Sequence record: LC765218.1
Length of the DNA: 64,000 bases
Reading direction: 5' to 3' (one strand)
DNA from: Pseudomonas phage BRkr
The notes under the pieces were generated by a model, which did not search any database, had not been told where the DNA came from, and was given only the letters and a program-made list of their open reading frames with translations. Position numbers and translations under genes: made by a program. Numbering within the stretch: position 1 is the stretch's first letter; the number at the start of each line of letters is the position of its first letter. Below are positions 9,169-18,505 of the stretch, one piece after another.

Positions 9169-12100
9169 TGGCTGGTGAATCCGCATTTGAAGTTTTCGTT
9201 AACGGTGAGTTACCAAAACGTATCTCCACCGAAGACAATCCTCTTGAGGTAGTTGCAGGCAAGATCCCGGTTTCGACCGGGGCTGGCCTGGCTACAACTT
9301 TCAAAGACCCGACCGAAATCGAGGGAATGAAAGGTGAGGATGGCGCGGATGGTAAATCCGCTTATCAGCTGGCACTCGATGCTGGCTTTATTGGTACTGA
9401 AGCCGAGTGGCTCGAATCGCTGAAAGGCGAAGACGGCGCTAAAGGTGATACTGGTCTGCAAGGTAATCCTGGTGAACCGGGTCCCGTTACCAATATCAAA
9501 GGTACCGTAACTCTTGACGATTTCGAAACCAACATTGCTCCCATCGATAGTTGGGAATTTGGTGATGCTTGGTTCGTTCGTTCTTCCACTGCTACTGTAC
9601 TGAAAGTATGGTCTGCCCCAGAAACCGGTTCGCCGGATGCTGGCCAGTGGATCGACTCCGGTGACATGCGTGGTCCGGAAGGTACTGGTCTTGTTATTCG
9701 TGGTCAATGGCCTGATAACCAAGAACTTCCGCCCTTGGCTGCCAAAGGCGATACCTACGGTTGGAAAAATGCTCTTTACACTTTCATGCTTGTAGCTGGT
9801 GAAGAAGATATCTTCCCTGACAACTATGCATACATCCAGATCGTGCCGATGGGTCCTGAGGGTCCTAAAGGTGATACTGGTGCCAAAGGTGATAAAGGCG
9901 ACCGTGGTCTGAAAGGTGACACTGGTGCACCTGGTAAGGACGCTACTCCGTTCACTATTAAAGCTGACTTAGCTTCCGAAGATGATCTGCCTCTGGCTGG
10001 CGATGCCAAGCCTGAAGAAGCATATTCGGTTATGGTTGACGATGTACGCCATCTATTCGTCTTCTCCGTCGATGAAAACCGCTGGATGGATCTCGGTACT
10101 TGGCAGGGCCCGAAAGGTGAACCTGGTCAAGACGGTATCATCGGTGGCGACGGCCCGAAAGGGGACAAAGGCGATAAGGGTGATAAAGGCGATCCTGGTC
10201 AAGATGGTATCGATGGTCAAGACGGTGCTCCTGGTGAAAACCTGGAAATCCTCGGTACGTATCCGACCATGGCAGATCTTCTGGCCGCAGGTGCTACTCT
10301 TGTCATCAAGAAAGCTTACGCTGTTCGCGATGTTAACACCCTCTTCTACGTAGCTACTACTCCTGTTACCTCTGAAGGCGACCTGATTAACCTAGGTCAA
10401 TTCAAAGGTGAGAAGGGCGACAAAGGGGATAAAGGTGACAAAGGGGATACCGGTGCAAAAGGTGATAAGGGTGACACCGGTGACGGTGGTAAGAACCTGG
10501 TTGTCTCCGGTGTTCTTCCTGACCTTGCTGCCATTCAAGCCGTACCTGATCCGCAAGAACAGGAAGCTTGGGTAGCTGCCGATAACCGCCACCTCTACAT
10601 GTTCATTGATGGAACATGGGTTGACCTTGGTACTCATACTGGCGCCAAAGGCGATAAAGGGGACAAGGGCGATAAGGGTGATACTGGCGCCAAGGGTGAC
10701 ACTGGTGATAAAGGCGACAAAGGTGATCAGGGTGAAAACTTTGAAATCATCGCTGTTGTTGACACTGTAGGTGAAGTTCCTCCGGCCACTGCCGACAACA
10801 AAGGTAAAGCCGTTGTTGTTAAAGGCGGCGATGTTTATGTAAACATTAGTGGTACTCAGTTCGTATCTGTTGGTCCCATTGGCCAGAAAGGTGATCAGGG
10901 TGATCGTGGCGCCTCGATGCGCATCGTTGGTGAAGTAGGTTCTGTTGAAGCTCTACCTGAACTGGTAGCCGGTGAAACTGATCCCGCTGATGGCGAGGCG
11001 TACATTGTTACCGTTATCCAGGGTGATGACACCATTAAGGTAATCTACGTAGCTAACCGCTCTACGAATACCTACGATGGTCCGTTCAATATCCAGGGTC
11101 CGCAAGGTAACGATGGTCCGCAGGGTGAAGTAGGTCCTCGCGGTGAAATCGGCCAAGGTATCAAAATTGTTGGCGACTATCCGTCTGAAGCTGCTCTTAC
11201 AGCTGCTCATCCGACTAGTGCTATTGGTGATGCATATTCGGTTGGTCCTGAAAACAGTAAAGAACTGTTTGTTTGGGCTGTCGATGGTGCTGATGATACT
11301 GAGAAGTATCTGAACCTGGGTAGCTTCACCGTTGGCGCCAAAGGCGAAAAAGGTGATAAGGGTGACCAAGGTATTGTTGGTCCTCGCGGTATTCAAGGTG
11401 CAAAAGGTGATAAAGGTTCTCGTTGGGTAATTCTACCGAACGGTGTCGATATCCCGAATAACACTATTGGTACTCAAGATGACTGGTGCCTTGATAAGTC
11501 TGGTAAAGTTTGGTATCGTGACGCAACTGGCTGGAAAGAATTCATCCAACTTCTGGATGTTCCTGTAGCCGAAGTAGAAACTGCCGATCAGAACAAGAAG
11601 ATGGTTCGCTATCAACTTGGCTGGGCACCTCTACTGGTCGATGAAGTGGAAACCCCTGAAGAAGGTGAACAGTATATCCGTAAGGGTAAAGCTGATGGCA
11701 CCACCGAATGGGCTCCGCTTGAAGTAGATGCTGTACCAGACGTTCCTACTCCCAACATTGCTCTTGCAATGGTTCGTAAGGACGGTGAGTGGAAACAAGG
11801 TGCACCTATTGTCATTGCCAACGATGTTGATAAGCATTACGTTCTGAAGGGTAAGGCTAGCTGGGTCGAAACCGATGTCTTTAAAGACGCGGCTAGCGAT
11901 GGTAAGTCTTACGCTCGTAAGGATGGTGCTTGGGCTGCGGTAGTACCTGAAACTACCAATGATGATAAACTGTACGCTCGTAAAACTACTGTTGCTGGCG
12001 TGTCCAGCTGGGTAGAGGTACCGGCTGCAATTATCGCATCGGATGCTCCGGATGCCAAGAACTACACTCGTTCTAACGGTGAGTGGAAAGAACTGGTAAC

Positions 12101-12491
12101 CATTCCGGAACCAGGTATCGATGCTACTAAAGTTTGGGGTCGTCAGACAACTGCTGCTGGTACATCGGCGTGGGTAGAGATCAAGAAAGAATTTGATACC
12201 TACTCCCTGCTATCTGGTGCTGCTCCTGCTGGTAACTTCACCATCACTCCGGCTAACCAACAGTGCTATACTGTTCCATCTACTGCTGCTCGTACTATCA
12301 CTCTAGGTGATGGTCCGTCTGGCCGAATGATTACAGCTGTACTGGTTCTAACTGGTACGGTCATTCCGACCTTCAGCGGTAACTTCAAATGGAATGATAA
12401 CACGGCTCCTGAAGCTGCTGCAACCAAGACTGTCATCACCCTTCTGTGGGATGGTAGTGAATGGCTCGGCGCTAAAGGTGCTGGCTACTAA
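9168..12491 (+). CDS. tail fibre protein with multiple collagen-like (G-X-Y) segments
   Basis: TAATG stop/start overlap with the upstream fibre gene. Carries one Stf-type repeat (GKSAYQLALDAGFIGTEAEWLESLKG) and at least six interspersed GDKGDKGDKGD[TPQ]G collagen-like blocks. The C-terminal part has repeated WVE/WKE beta-rich units. Confidence 0.7.
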   Translation: MAGESAFEVFVNGELPKRISTEDNPLEVVAGKIPVSTGAGLATTFKDPTEIEGMKGEDGADGKSAYQLALDAGFIGTEAEWLESLKGEDGAKGDTGLQGNPGEPGPVTNIKGTVTLDDFETNIAPIDSWEFGDAWFVRSSTATVLKVWSAPETGSPDAGQWIDSGDMRGPEGTGLVIRGQWPDNQELPPLAAKGDTYGWKNALYTFMLVAGEEDIFPDNYAYIQIVPMGPEGPKGDTGAKGDKGDRGLKGDTGAPGKDATPFTIKADLASEDDLPLAGDAKPEEAYSVMVDDVRHLFVFSVDENRWMDLGTWQGPKGEPGQDGIIGGDGPKGDKGDKGDKGDPGQDGIDGQDGAPGENLEILGTYPTMADLLAAGATLVIKKAYAVRDVNTLFYVATTPVTSEGDLINLGQFKGEKGDKGDKGDKGDTGAKGDKGDTGDGGKNLVVSGVLPDLAAIQAVPDPQEQEAWVAADNRHLYMFIDGTWVDLGTHTGAKGDKGDKGDKGDTGAKGDTGDKGDKGDQGENFEIIAVVDTVGEVPPATADNKGKAVVVKGGDVYVNISGTQFVSVGPIGQKGDQGDRGASMRIVGEVGSVEALPELVAGETDPADGEAYIVTVIQGDDTIKVIYVANRSTNTYDGPFNIQGPQGNDGPQGEVGPRGEIGQGIKIVGDYPSEAALTAAHPTSAIGDAYSVGPENSKELFVWAVDGADDTEKYLNLGSFTVGAKGEKGDKGDQGIVGPRGIQGAKGDKGSRWVILPNGVDIPNNTIGTQDDWCLDKSGKVWYRDATGWKEFIQLLDVPVAEVETADQNKKMVRYQLGWAPLLVDEVETPEEGEQYIRKGKADGTTEWAPLEVDAVPDVPTPNIALAMVRKDGEWKQGAPIVIANDVDKHYVLKGKASWVETDVFKDAASDGKSYARKDGAWAAVVPETTNDDKLYARKTTVAGVSSWVEVPAAIIASDAPDAKNYTRSNGEWKELVTIPEPGIDATKVWGRQTTAAGTSAWVEIKKEFDTYSLLSGAAPAGNFTITPANQQCYTVPSTAARTITLGDGPSGRMITAVLVLTGTVIPTFSGNFKWNDNTAPEAAATKTVITLLWDGSEWLGAKGAGY
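9850..11420 (+). repeat. dispersed collagen-like G-X-Y coding repeats (GDKGDKGDKGD) in the tail fibre gene
   Basis: Blocks at ~9850-9940, 10108-10240, 10404-10495, 10640-10735, 10873-10915, 11095-11160 and 11335-11420. The DNA consists of near-identical GGTGATAAAGGCGAC-type units. Confidence 0.7.
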
Positions 12492-12500
12492 TAATAGCGG

Positions 12501-12535
12501 CATAAAGCCCAGGGTTAACCCTGGGCTTTTATGTC
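12501..12535. terminator. bidirectional terminator between convergent operons
   Basis: CATAAAGCCCAGGG-ttaa-CCCTGGGCTTTTATG. A-rich 5' side and T-rich 3' side. Confidence 0.7.
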
Positions 12536-13276
12536 GTCTTTATCAACTTCGATACCGTTATCTCCAGGACGAATCATGGAGAAATATTTAGCATCTATAA
12601 ATTCAAAGTCCATGTGAATCAGCCGCTCGACCCTGAACTTAAATAGTTCAAACTTCTTCTCCTCGATAGTGAGTTTACTAACGTCACGTTCGAAGAGTTT
12701 AGGTCCAATAAAATTGAAGCATGGCATTTGAACTTTAGACAAAGCAAGATAATGAGTGTGCATCCATTCATGGAAATCGTAAGTGATATACATCGCATAG
12801 AGAGCATCCAAGAATTTAGGTGTGAGCTCTTCTAATGGATGACTAACTACTTCCACGGGCATTTCTTCGCCGTATATTTCTTGGATGATATTTTCAAGGT
12901 CATCGATAACTTCACCAGGTAACGTGTAAGGCCAGATGTTGATCGTAAGACCAATCTCGTCTTCAGGATTACCCATGTTATCCATTCTGTTTACATGATC
13001 TTCCGCGAGAATTCGCATCAAGAACGGACTGATACCTGTTAGGATAGAAGCGTTGATAGTATCAGCGGAATTATCTCCGCCTCTATTAGCATACGCTTCT
13101 TTGAATTGCTCCGTTGTAACAAGACCACCTGTTAGAGTGGTCCAGTCATCATTTTCACGAAGCCAATATTCCTTAGTGGAAACCAACCGTTCTGCTGCCT
13201 CCTTGTTAATTGTAGACATGACTCCAAGACGGGTGTCAAGTAATACATCAAGAGGTATCAGAATACGTTTGATCAT
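12515..13276 (-). CDS. hypothetical protein
   Basis: 253-aa ORF, last gene of the minus-strand operon. A bidirectional terminator lies immediately downstream. No confident motif. Confidence 0.5.
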   Translation of the reverse strand: MIKRILIPLDVLLDTRLGVMSTINKEAAERLVSTKEYWLRENDDWTTLTGGLVTTEQFKEAYANRGGDNSADTINASILTGISPFLMRILAEDHVNRMDNMGNPEDEIGLTINIWPYTLPGEVIDDLENIIQEIYGEEMPVEVVSHPLEELTPKFLDALYAMYITYDFHEWMHTHYLALSKVQMPCFNFIGPKLFERDVSKLTIEEKKFELFKFRVERLIHMDFEFIDAKYFSMIRPGDNGIEVDKDDIKAQG

Positions 13277-13749
13277 TTCATTTTCGCCTGTGCAATAATG
13301 TTATTTACATGGCGAAGTTGCGTAGATGCATATACAAGGAAGAACAACCAGTGATTTTGCTGTAGCGTACCATAGAGTTCATCTACATTAGCTGCTTTAC
13401 CCAGTAACTCCCTATCGACCATTGCTGAATCAGGTGTGAATGGAACCAAGCGTCTAGTGAGATACTCAATTGCTACATCAATGTTTTCAATTTCTAAAGT
13501 GAATGTAGTGGTGGTAGACAGAAGAGCACCCAATACATCCTGCTTAGAACGGATACCTGACCAAATCTGATTAATGATAACTCTATCATTAAAACTAGAA
13601 ATCATCATATTGTTTCTAAGTTCGTTAATATGCTCTAGAATTTGAGCAATAACGAGATCATCATCAACAGATACCAATTCACTAATTGCAACACCTAATG
13701 CATTCTGCAATACTTCGCTAATACCTTCTTCCGCATTCTTAATAGCCAT
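13273..13749 (-). CDS. hypothetical protein
   Basis: 158-aa ORF. 4-nt stop/start overlap with the downstream gene, typical of translational coupling. Confidence 0.5.
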   Translation of the reverse strand: MAIKNAEEGISEVLQNALGVAISELVSVDDDLVIAQILEHINELRNNMMISSFNDRVIINQIWSGIRSKQDVLGALLSTTTTFTLEIENIDVAIEYLTRRLVPFTPDSAMVDRELLGKAANVDELYGTLQQNHWLFFLVYASTQLRHVNNIIAQAKMK

Positions 13750-13751
13750 GA

Positions 13752-14426
13752 TTACCCCACTAGGTTATTCTGTAAATGCATGGCCTTCAAATAGACGGAC
13801 ATGGTTTTGTTAGATTTAACTTGAGAAGGCGTCTCGGCCATAATGGAATCGAGAGAAGCTTCACCTGTTTCAATGATGGATCGATTCATAGCGTTATATG
13901 CCTTTTCATCACCACCACGAAACTTAATCAGTTCGAGAACCATGTTGTTAAGACCTTTAGAGGCGTTAACCTGAATCTCAGGGGCAGATAGACGTGCACC
14001 TTTACTATCACCAGTTGCCTGTCCAGAACGCTCGTCAACAACAGTATTAGAACCTGGGATAGAAGCTTTCTTAGCTAGCATCTGAACCTGCCGACGAAGC
14101 GGAACCATACCAACTAGGTGTTTATTCTGAGTCTTATAAACTTGACCAGTGCCCGGATCAGTTAAGATAAGGTGTTGGAATAGTTCAAAACCAAGAGCAT
14201 CAGCTACTTTATAATTCTGAGCGATACTTAGAGTTGGTTCTTCTAAGTTAGGAGCGTAGAGAGCCAGCACTTCACCTGCCTCTAGACGTTCCATCCATTC
14301 AAAAAACTCTTCGTCAGAATAACGGTCAAAAAGTTCTTGATAGATTTTAACGTTCTCGCTTCCTGGTCGGAACATGTCGATGAAGTATAGAATTTCTTTT
14401 TCAAGGACTTTACGATCGGGTTTCAT
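13752..14426 (-). CDS. hypothetical protein
   Basis: 224-aa ORF in the same operon. No motif recognised. Confidence 0.5.
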   Translation of the reverse strand: MKPDRKVLEKEILYFIDMFRPGSENVKIYQELFDRYSDEEFFEWMERLEAGEVLALYAPNLEEPTLSIAQNYKVADALGFELFQHLILTDPGTGQVYKTQNKHLVGMVPLRRQVQMLAKKASIPGSNTVVDERSGQATGDSKGARLSAPEIQVNASKGLNNMVLELIKFRGGDEKAYNAMNRSIIETGEASLDSIMAETPSQVKSNKTMSVYLKAMHLQNNLVG

Positions 14427-14461
14427 AGTTACCTCTACAAATCAAATGAGCATACGATTAC

Positions 14462-14782
14462 TCAGATTGATTTAGACTCGCAGTGATACATTGGCTGTGC
14501 AGCAGCGTCTGTACATGGAGGTAACCGCTTTTTACGGAACAACGGAATGAAATTAGCAGCGAAGTTACGCCACCATGCTTCAAAATCATTCACTTCATTT
14601 AGGGTACAACGTAATTCCAGGGTGTTGATTTTGTATTGAGCCAACAACAGATGGAAGAATTGATTAAGAGTTGCAAGATCCTTGATTTCGGGCATGCGTC
14701 TATACAGATCTTCAGCAACCTCTACATCAAGAGCACGGGTACGCTGAAAAATAACAGCGCGATAATCGATGGTATTAGACAT
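14462..14782 (-). CDS. hypothetical protein
   Basis: 106-aa ORF in an operon context. Confidence 0.45.
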   Translation of the reverse strand: MSNTIDYRAVIFQRTRALDVEVAEDLYRRMPEIKDLATLNQFFHLLLAQYKINTLELRCTLNEVNDFEAWWRNFAANFIPLFRKKRLPPCTDAAAQPMYHCESKSI

Positions 14783-14804
14783 AATTTGTTTCCTGATCGG
14801 GTAA

Positions 14805-15152
14805 CTACTCTATTTCGCCTAGGTAGTTTACCTCAGTTATTTCTTTTAAAAATTTAACGAGAATGTGTCGATGGCAAAACTTACCAGCTGGACAGTAACA
14901 TCCTAGTGCAACCTTGTCCAACTCAGTCAGCCATTCGAAGTAATCTGGGAATGCAGCGTATCGTTCAGAGAGGATGTCCATATACGCATCCTCATATTGC
15001 TCATCTGTAATGGCACCGGCTTTATGTCCCATTACCATATTCCAGGTAGGGGCAAGTAATTCCTCACCACTTTTTATAGTTGTATCCAAAGGAAAGATAT
15101 GTTTCTGTCTAACCTTTCGCCATTTAGCGATTTGATAAGTATAGACGTTCAT
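14805..15152 (-). CDS. DUF488-like protein
   Basis: C-terminal LGCYCPAGKFCHRHILVKFL resembles the conserved C.C....CHR..L motif of the DUF488 family. Confidence 0.45.
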   Translation of the reverse strand: MNVYTYQIAKWRKVRQKHIFPLDTTIKSGEELLAPTWNMVMGHKAGAITDEQYEDAYMDILSERYAAFPDYFEWLTELDKVALGCYCPAGKFCHRHILVKFLKEITEVNYLGEIE

Positions 15153-15200
15153 TGGAATACCTACTTGACATAGAGGGAGCTAATGCTCCCGTCTATGATA

Positions 15201-15593
15201 TTAATCACAACAACTGCTATCGCTACTTGAACCACTATCGGTAGTATCGCTAGAAAGGGCCACAGCAGCTCCTACAGCGAAGATTGTGTTGGACAGGTCC
15301 ATATCCTCGGCTCCTCTACCAGAAGCGTAACCACGGCCTTCTGGGATCCTTAAAGGTTGAACCTGTTTTGATTCGTTTGCTCTATAGCGCTCGTACCATT
15401 CTTTTGCTGGGTCAGATAAAGTGGATCTATATTTTTCACTGCCCATTTCAACGGCTTCGCGTGCCAAAGAGATCTGTTCGCATTTACCCAAATCCCCGCG
15501 CTCGGCAGGGATAGGTTCAACGATCACAACTCCTTCTTTAGGCAGCTTTCGCTTTGGCCAGATCCAACGGAATAATCTTAGCACGTTCATCAT
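15201..15593 (-). CDS. hypothetical protein (start uncertain)
   Basis: 130-aa ORF. Its 5' end overlaps the 3' end of the UvsX-like gene by ~56 nt, so the true start is probably an internal Met. Low-complexity Ser/Asp C-terminus. Confidence 0.35.
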   Translation of the reverse strand: MMNVLRLFRWIWPKRKLPKEGVVIVEPIPAERGDLGKCEQISLAREAVEMGSEKYRSTLSDPAKEWYERYRANESKQVQPLRIPEGRGYASGRGAEDMDLSNTIFAVGAAVALSSDTTDSGSSSDSSCCD

Positions 15594-16977
15594 CAGTCAT
15601 CCAGTAAGGTTTATAGTCACCGGTACGCATACGAAGAAGATCGTAGGTCGAAAGGAATTTCTTATCGGTGAGAGCTTCGTCTTCTTCACACATCCAATAG
15701 CCACGAGTCGTATTCAGGATCATATCCCAATCATAACCCATCGCTTTCAGATCTTCGTACAGTGTCTTTGGATCACATACATCTTCAGCCGTCCAACGCT
15801 GGAACTGGATCAACTGAAGCATCTCAGATTGAATTTCAACAGCCCGACGAAGGGATTCGTTTTCCATAAGCTTCTTACGTACAGTGGTACGACTAAGCTT
15901 GATATCTGGGCAAAGTTCAATGTAGTAGTTCAGAAGGTTACCACCAATACCCCAACCATTTTCTTTGCAGTAATGGAACTCAGTGAGCGAAGGAAGTACA
16001 CCTTCAGTCTGAGAAACTACGATATGGAAAGGAAGGCCAGTAATACCACCTTTACCACGAAGGTTCATTACCTCCAGAATCTTAAGATCGGTATCCCCTT
16101 CCATTGCGGTCGAGTTATCGATCGGATACAGAGGCATCTTCTCTTTGTTAACAAGAGGTTTGTTAGACTCGATAGAGAATACGTTGTTAGGCAGCGAATA
16201 GAAGCCAGAACTAACGCCTTTAAGAACCGTATCCTTCTTCATGTGGGAAAGATTACGTTTATCAGTCGGGTACATCTCCATTTGGATGATGTCACCAGTG
16301 TGCGCAGTCAGTACGATATAAGTACCGGTCTTAGCACATACCTGAGGCAATTGGTTGAACAGCTGGTTCTTAGCCTTACCATTAGTCATGGCATCGGTGT
16401 TGTTACCAGATGCACCGATAGCATTCTTCTCGTACATATCCGATACGGCAGTAACGATAAACTTCGAGAAACTATCGATCAGGCCAGTTGTCGGGTACAT
16501 GCATTTCTTGTTGTTACCTTCAACATCAAGGAACGGAGTAGTGCGCTGATATTCTTTTTCTGCTTTCTCTTTCTCACCAAGTGCTGTACGGAAGAGTTTA
16601 AAGAACTCATCGCCGGTATATCGAGAAAGGTCAGTGAACATGAATTGTTCATCATGTTCCCAATCGATCTTTTGCAGATCACTGAATTGAGCTGCAAGAC
16701 TACTGAAACGTGCAACCGGGTTCAAGGTACCCTCGGTATCATAGATCATGCCATGGGAACCCGGCATAGCTCGACGAACCATCGCTAGCATATACACAGC
16801 GAGTGCAGTTTTAAAGTTGTTAGGTCGAGATGCGATACCGGTCATCGGACCGAGACCACCGTTACAGATCATCTCGCCGTGTTTACCTTGTTCATATTTA
16901 CCAGTGGATACATCCATCAGGCAGCCGATATTAACCGCCGGGCGGAAGGCCGGACGTTGGAAGTGTTTAGCGAACAT
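15538..16977 (-). CDS. RecA/UvsX-like recombinase (degenerate Walker A)
   Basis: GGLGPMTGIASRPNNFKT aligns with T4 UvsX GGMQSGLLILAGPSKSFKS. A later hydrophobic strand precedes TAHTGD, which is Walker-B-like. Sits in a DNA-metabolism operon context. Confidence 0.45.
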   Translation of the reverse strand: MFAKHFQRPAFRPAVNIGCLMDVSTGKYEQGKHGEMICNGGLGPMTGIASRPNNFKTALAVYMLAMVRRAMPGSHGMIYDTEGTLNPVARFSSLAAQFSDLQKIDWEHDEQFMFTDLSRYTGDEFFKLFRTALGEKEKAEKEYQRTTPFLDVEGNNKKCMYPTTGLIDSFSKFIVTAVSDMYEKNAIGASGNNTDAMTNGKAKNQLFNQLPQVCAKTGTYIVLTAHTGDIIQMEMYPTDKRNLSHMKKDTVLKGVSSGFYSLPNNVFSIESNKPLVNKEKMPLYPIDNSTAMEGDTDLKILEVMNLRGKGGITGLPFHIVVSQTEGVLPSLTEFHYCKENGWGIGGNLLNYYIELCPDIKLSRTTVRKKLMENESLRRAVEIQSEMLQLIQFQRWTAEDVCDPKTLYEDLKAMGYDWDMILNTTRGYWMCEEDEALTDKKFLSTYDLLRMRTGDYKPYWMTDDERAKIIPLDLAKAKAA

Positions 16978-16996
16978 TGATATTACCTTTTAGTGA
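16978..16996 (+). promoter_or_regulatory. candidate promoter variant (TGATATTACCTTTTAG) in the divergent region
   Basis: Resembles TCTATATTACCTAATTGAG at 34466. Lies upstream of the 17076 gene. Confidence 0.3.
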
Positions 16997-17075
16997 TTAG
17001 CCAATCACTTTATTGATATTGAGAGTAATTTTATGTTTAGAGAATTCGCAACTCTTGTGCCATAGGAAAACAACC

Positions 17076-18044
17076 ATGATTAAAAATGTTCTTAATAAAT
17101 ACACTGAGAAGGTCTCCAATGAAAACGTCCAGACTGATGACGTTATCTTTGATAGTTCTCAGAATAAGTTCTTCACTGAGGGTGATCCTCAAGCAGCAGA
17201 GCAAACCCCTGAAACAGAAGTTCTTCCTGTAGATCAAACTCCTACAGACAAACTATTCGATGCTCTGGGTACAATTTCCACTGAAGCTGGTTTCATTGGT
17301 AATGTTTCTAATTGGTTTGCCCGTAAAGTATCCAATATGGGAGTTCATATTAAAGACGGTTTCCGTTATCTGACTACGTGGAACTATGATCCGCTTCTAC
17401 CTCTTAATCCTCTATCCATGAAAGGCTTTGTGGCTACTCTGGATTATTTCGAAGTTGAGAAAGAGATTGTTCCGCAACCAGCTGGCTTTAAAGGCGAAAT
17501 GCTTCCATATACCGCTGGTCTGGTATCGCGTGCACAGGTAATGGCGCAAGTAGTAGAGAAGGTTATTCGACCCGCGACATCTCGTTTTGGTCATTATCTG
17601 ACTACTCCAGAAGATCGTGCAGAACGTCGAGACTTCCAATACGGTATCGATATTGATAAATCGATTGACCAGCTTATTAAAGAAGACGCTCAGTTCTTTG
17701 CTAATAACCGCCAGTCAACTGTTGCATTTGGTAAGATTTACAGTTCGATGAATGACTTCTATGAATCTGAACAACATATGTTCGAGATTAATACCATTCT
17801 TAAAGGTGGTGAAACCTCTACCGTTAAAAGTGCAGTAGAAGCATTAAGTCAAACCGTAACTGCTTTGATGGAACGGATCGGTAAAGAAGGCGATATCAAA
17901 ACATCCAGCGAGTTCGCTAAGATGATGTCTGAGGAACTAACCCAAGTAGCTAAGTGGGTAGAGTGGTTCTCCATTCAAATGACACGAATTATTGAAACCA
18001 ATAATGTCTTAGCTGAAACAGAGAAACATCTTCGTTCTCTGTAA
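17076..18044 (+). CDS. hypothetical protein
   Basis: Start moved to ATG 17076 (AGGAAA RBS). 322 aa. Followed by a convergent bidirectional terminator. Confidence 0.5.
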   Translation: MIKNVLNKYTEKVSNENVQTDDVIFDSSQNKFFTEGDPQAAEQTPETEVLPVDQTPTDKLFDALGTISTEAGFIGNVSNWFARKVSNMGVHIKDGFRYLTTWNYDPLLPLNPLSMKGFVATLDYFEVEKEIVPQPAGFKGEMLPYTAGLVSRAQVMAQVVEKVIRPATSRFGHYLTTPEDRAERRDFQYGIDIDKSIDQLIKEDAQFFANNRQSTVAFGKIYSSMNDFYESEQHMFEINTILKGGETSTVKSAVEALSQTVTALMERIGKEGDIKTSSEFAKMMSEELTQVAKWVEWFSIQMTRIIETNNVLAETEKHLRSL

Positions 18045-18047
18045 GAC

Positions 18048-18082
18048 AACATATTGCCCCACCTAATGGTGGGGCTTTATGC
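18048..18082. terminator. bidirectional terminator between convergent genes
   Basis: CATATTGCCCCACC-taat-GGTGGGGCTTTATG. Confidence 0.6.
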
Positions 18083-18084
18083 CG

Positions 18085-18495
18085 TTAAGCTGTCGCCTGA
18101 CGTTCCTTCATGCAATGGTGTACTAATTGCTTAAGTTCTTTAACGAAAGTTTCCTTGTCTGTATATAGAAGCCAGCAGGGAGTCTTTCGAGCGATCCTTT
18201 CGAAGTACTTGTCAGATTCAAGATCAACCTTCTCGATAGGGAGGATACCTTTCCAAACGTAAGGTCCAAATAACGTTGGTAAGCGTAAGGCGCTTTCATC
18301 CCTCACGAGACGCATCACTGAATTAAGCGAAGATATCCGCTCGCATTCGTGATCGCGACACTGCACCAGTGCGGCATGCAATGACGCCATTACGCACATC
18401 CGTTTGAAGCCGTTATCCAGGTGATTCCAGATGAAAACCCAGAATGTCCTGAATGGATTTTCATCCAGCCTCAAGAATCTGCTAATAAGGCTCAT
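18085..18495 (-). CDS. hypothetical protein
   Basis: 136-aa ORF downstream of the RNase H gene on the minus strand. Cys/His-containing. Confidence 0.45.
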   Translation of the reverse strand: MSLISRFLRLDENPFRTFWVFIWNHLDNGFKRMCVMASLHAALVQCRDHECERISSLNSVMRLVRDESALRLPTLFGPYVWKGILPIEKVDLESDKYFERIARKTPCWLLYTDKETFVKELKQLVHHCMKERQATA

Positions 18496-18505
18496 GAGTT
18501 ACCCA

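Noticed and set aside
7513-9186. 557-aa ORF on the minus strand inside the tail-fibre gene
   Set aside because: Antisense shadow of the 6700..9168 fibre gene. The product is Ser/Thr/Cys-rich junk with no start context. The plus-strand gene has clear repeats and operon coupling.
15421-16788. 455-aa plus-strand ORF
   Set aside because: Antisense to the UvsX-like gene (15538..16977), which carries the recognisable motifs. No RBS. Low-complexity product.
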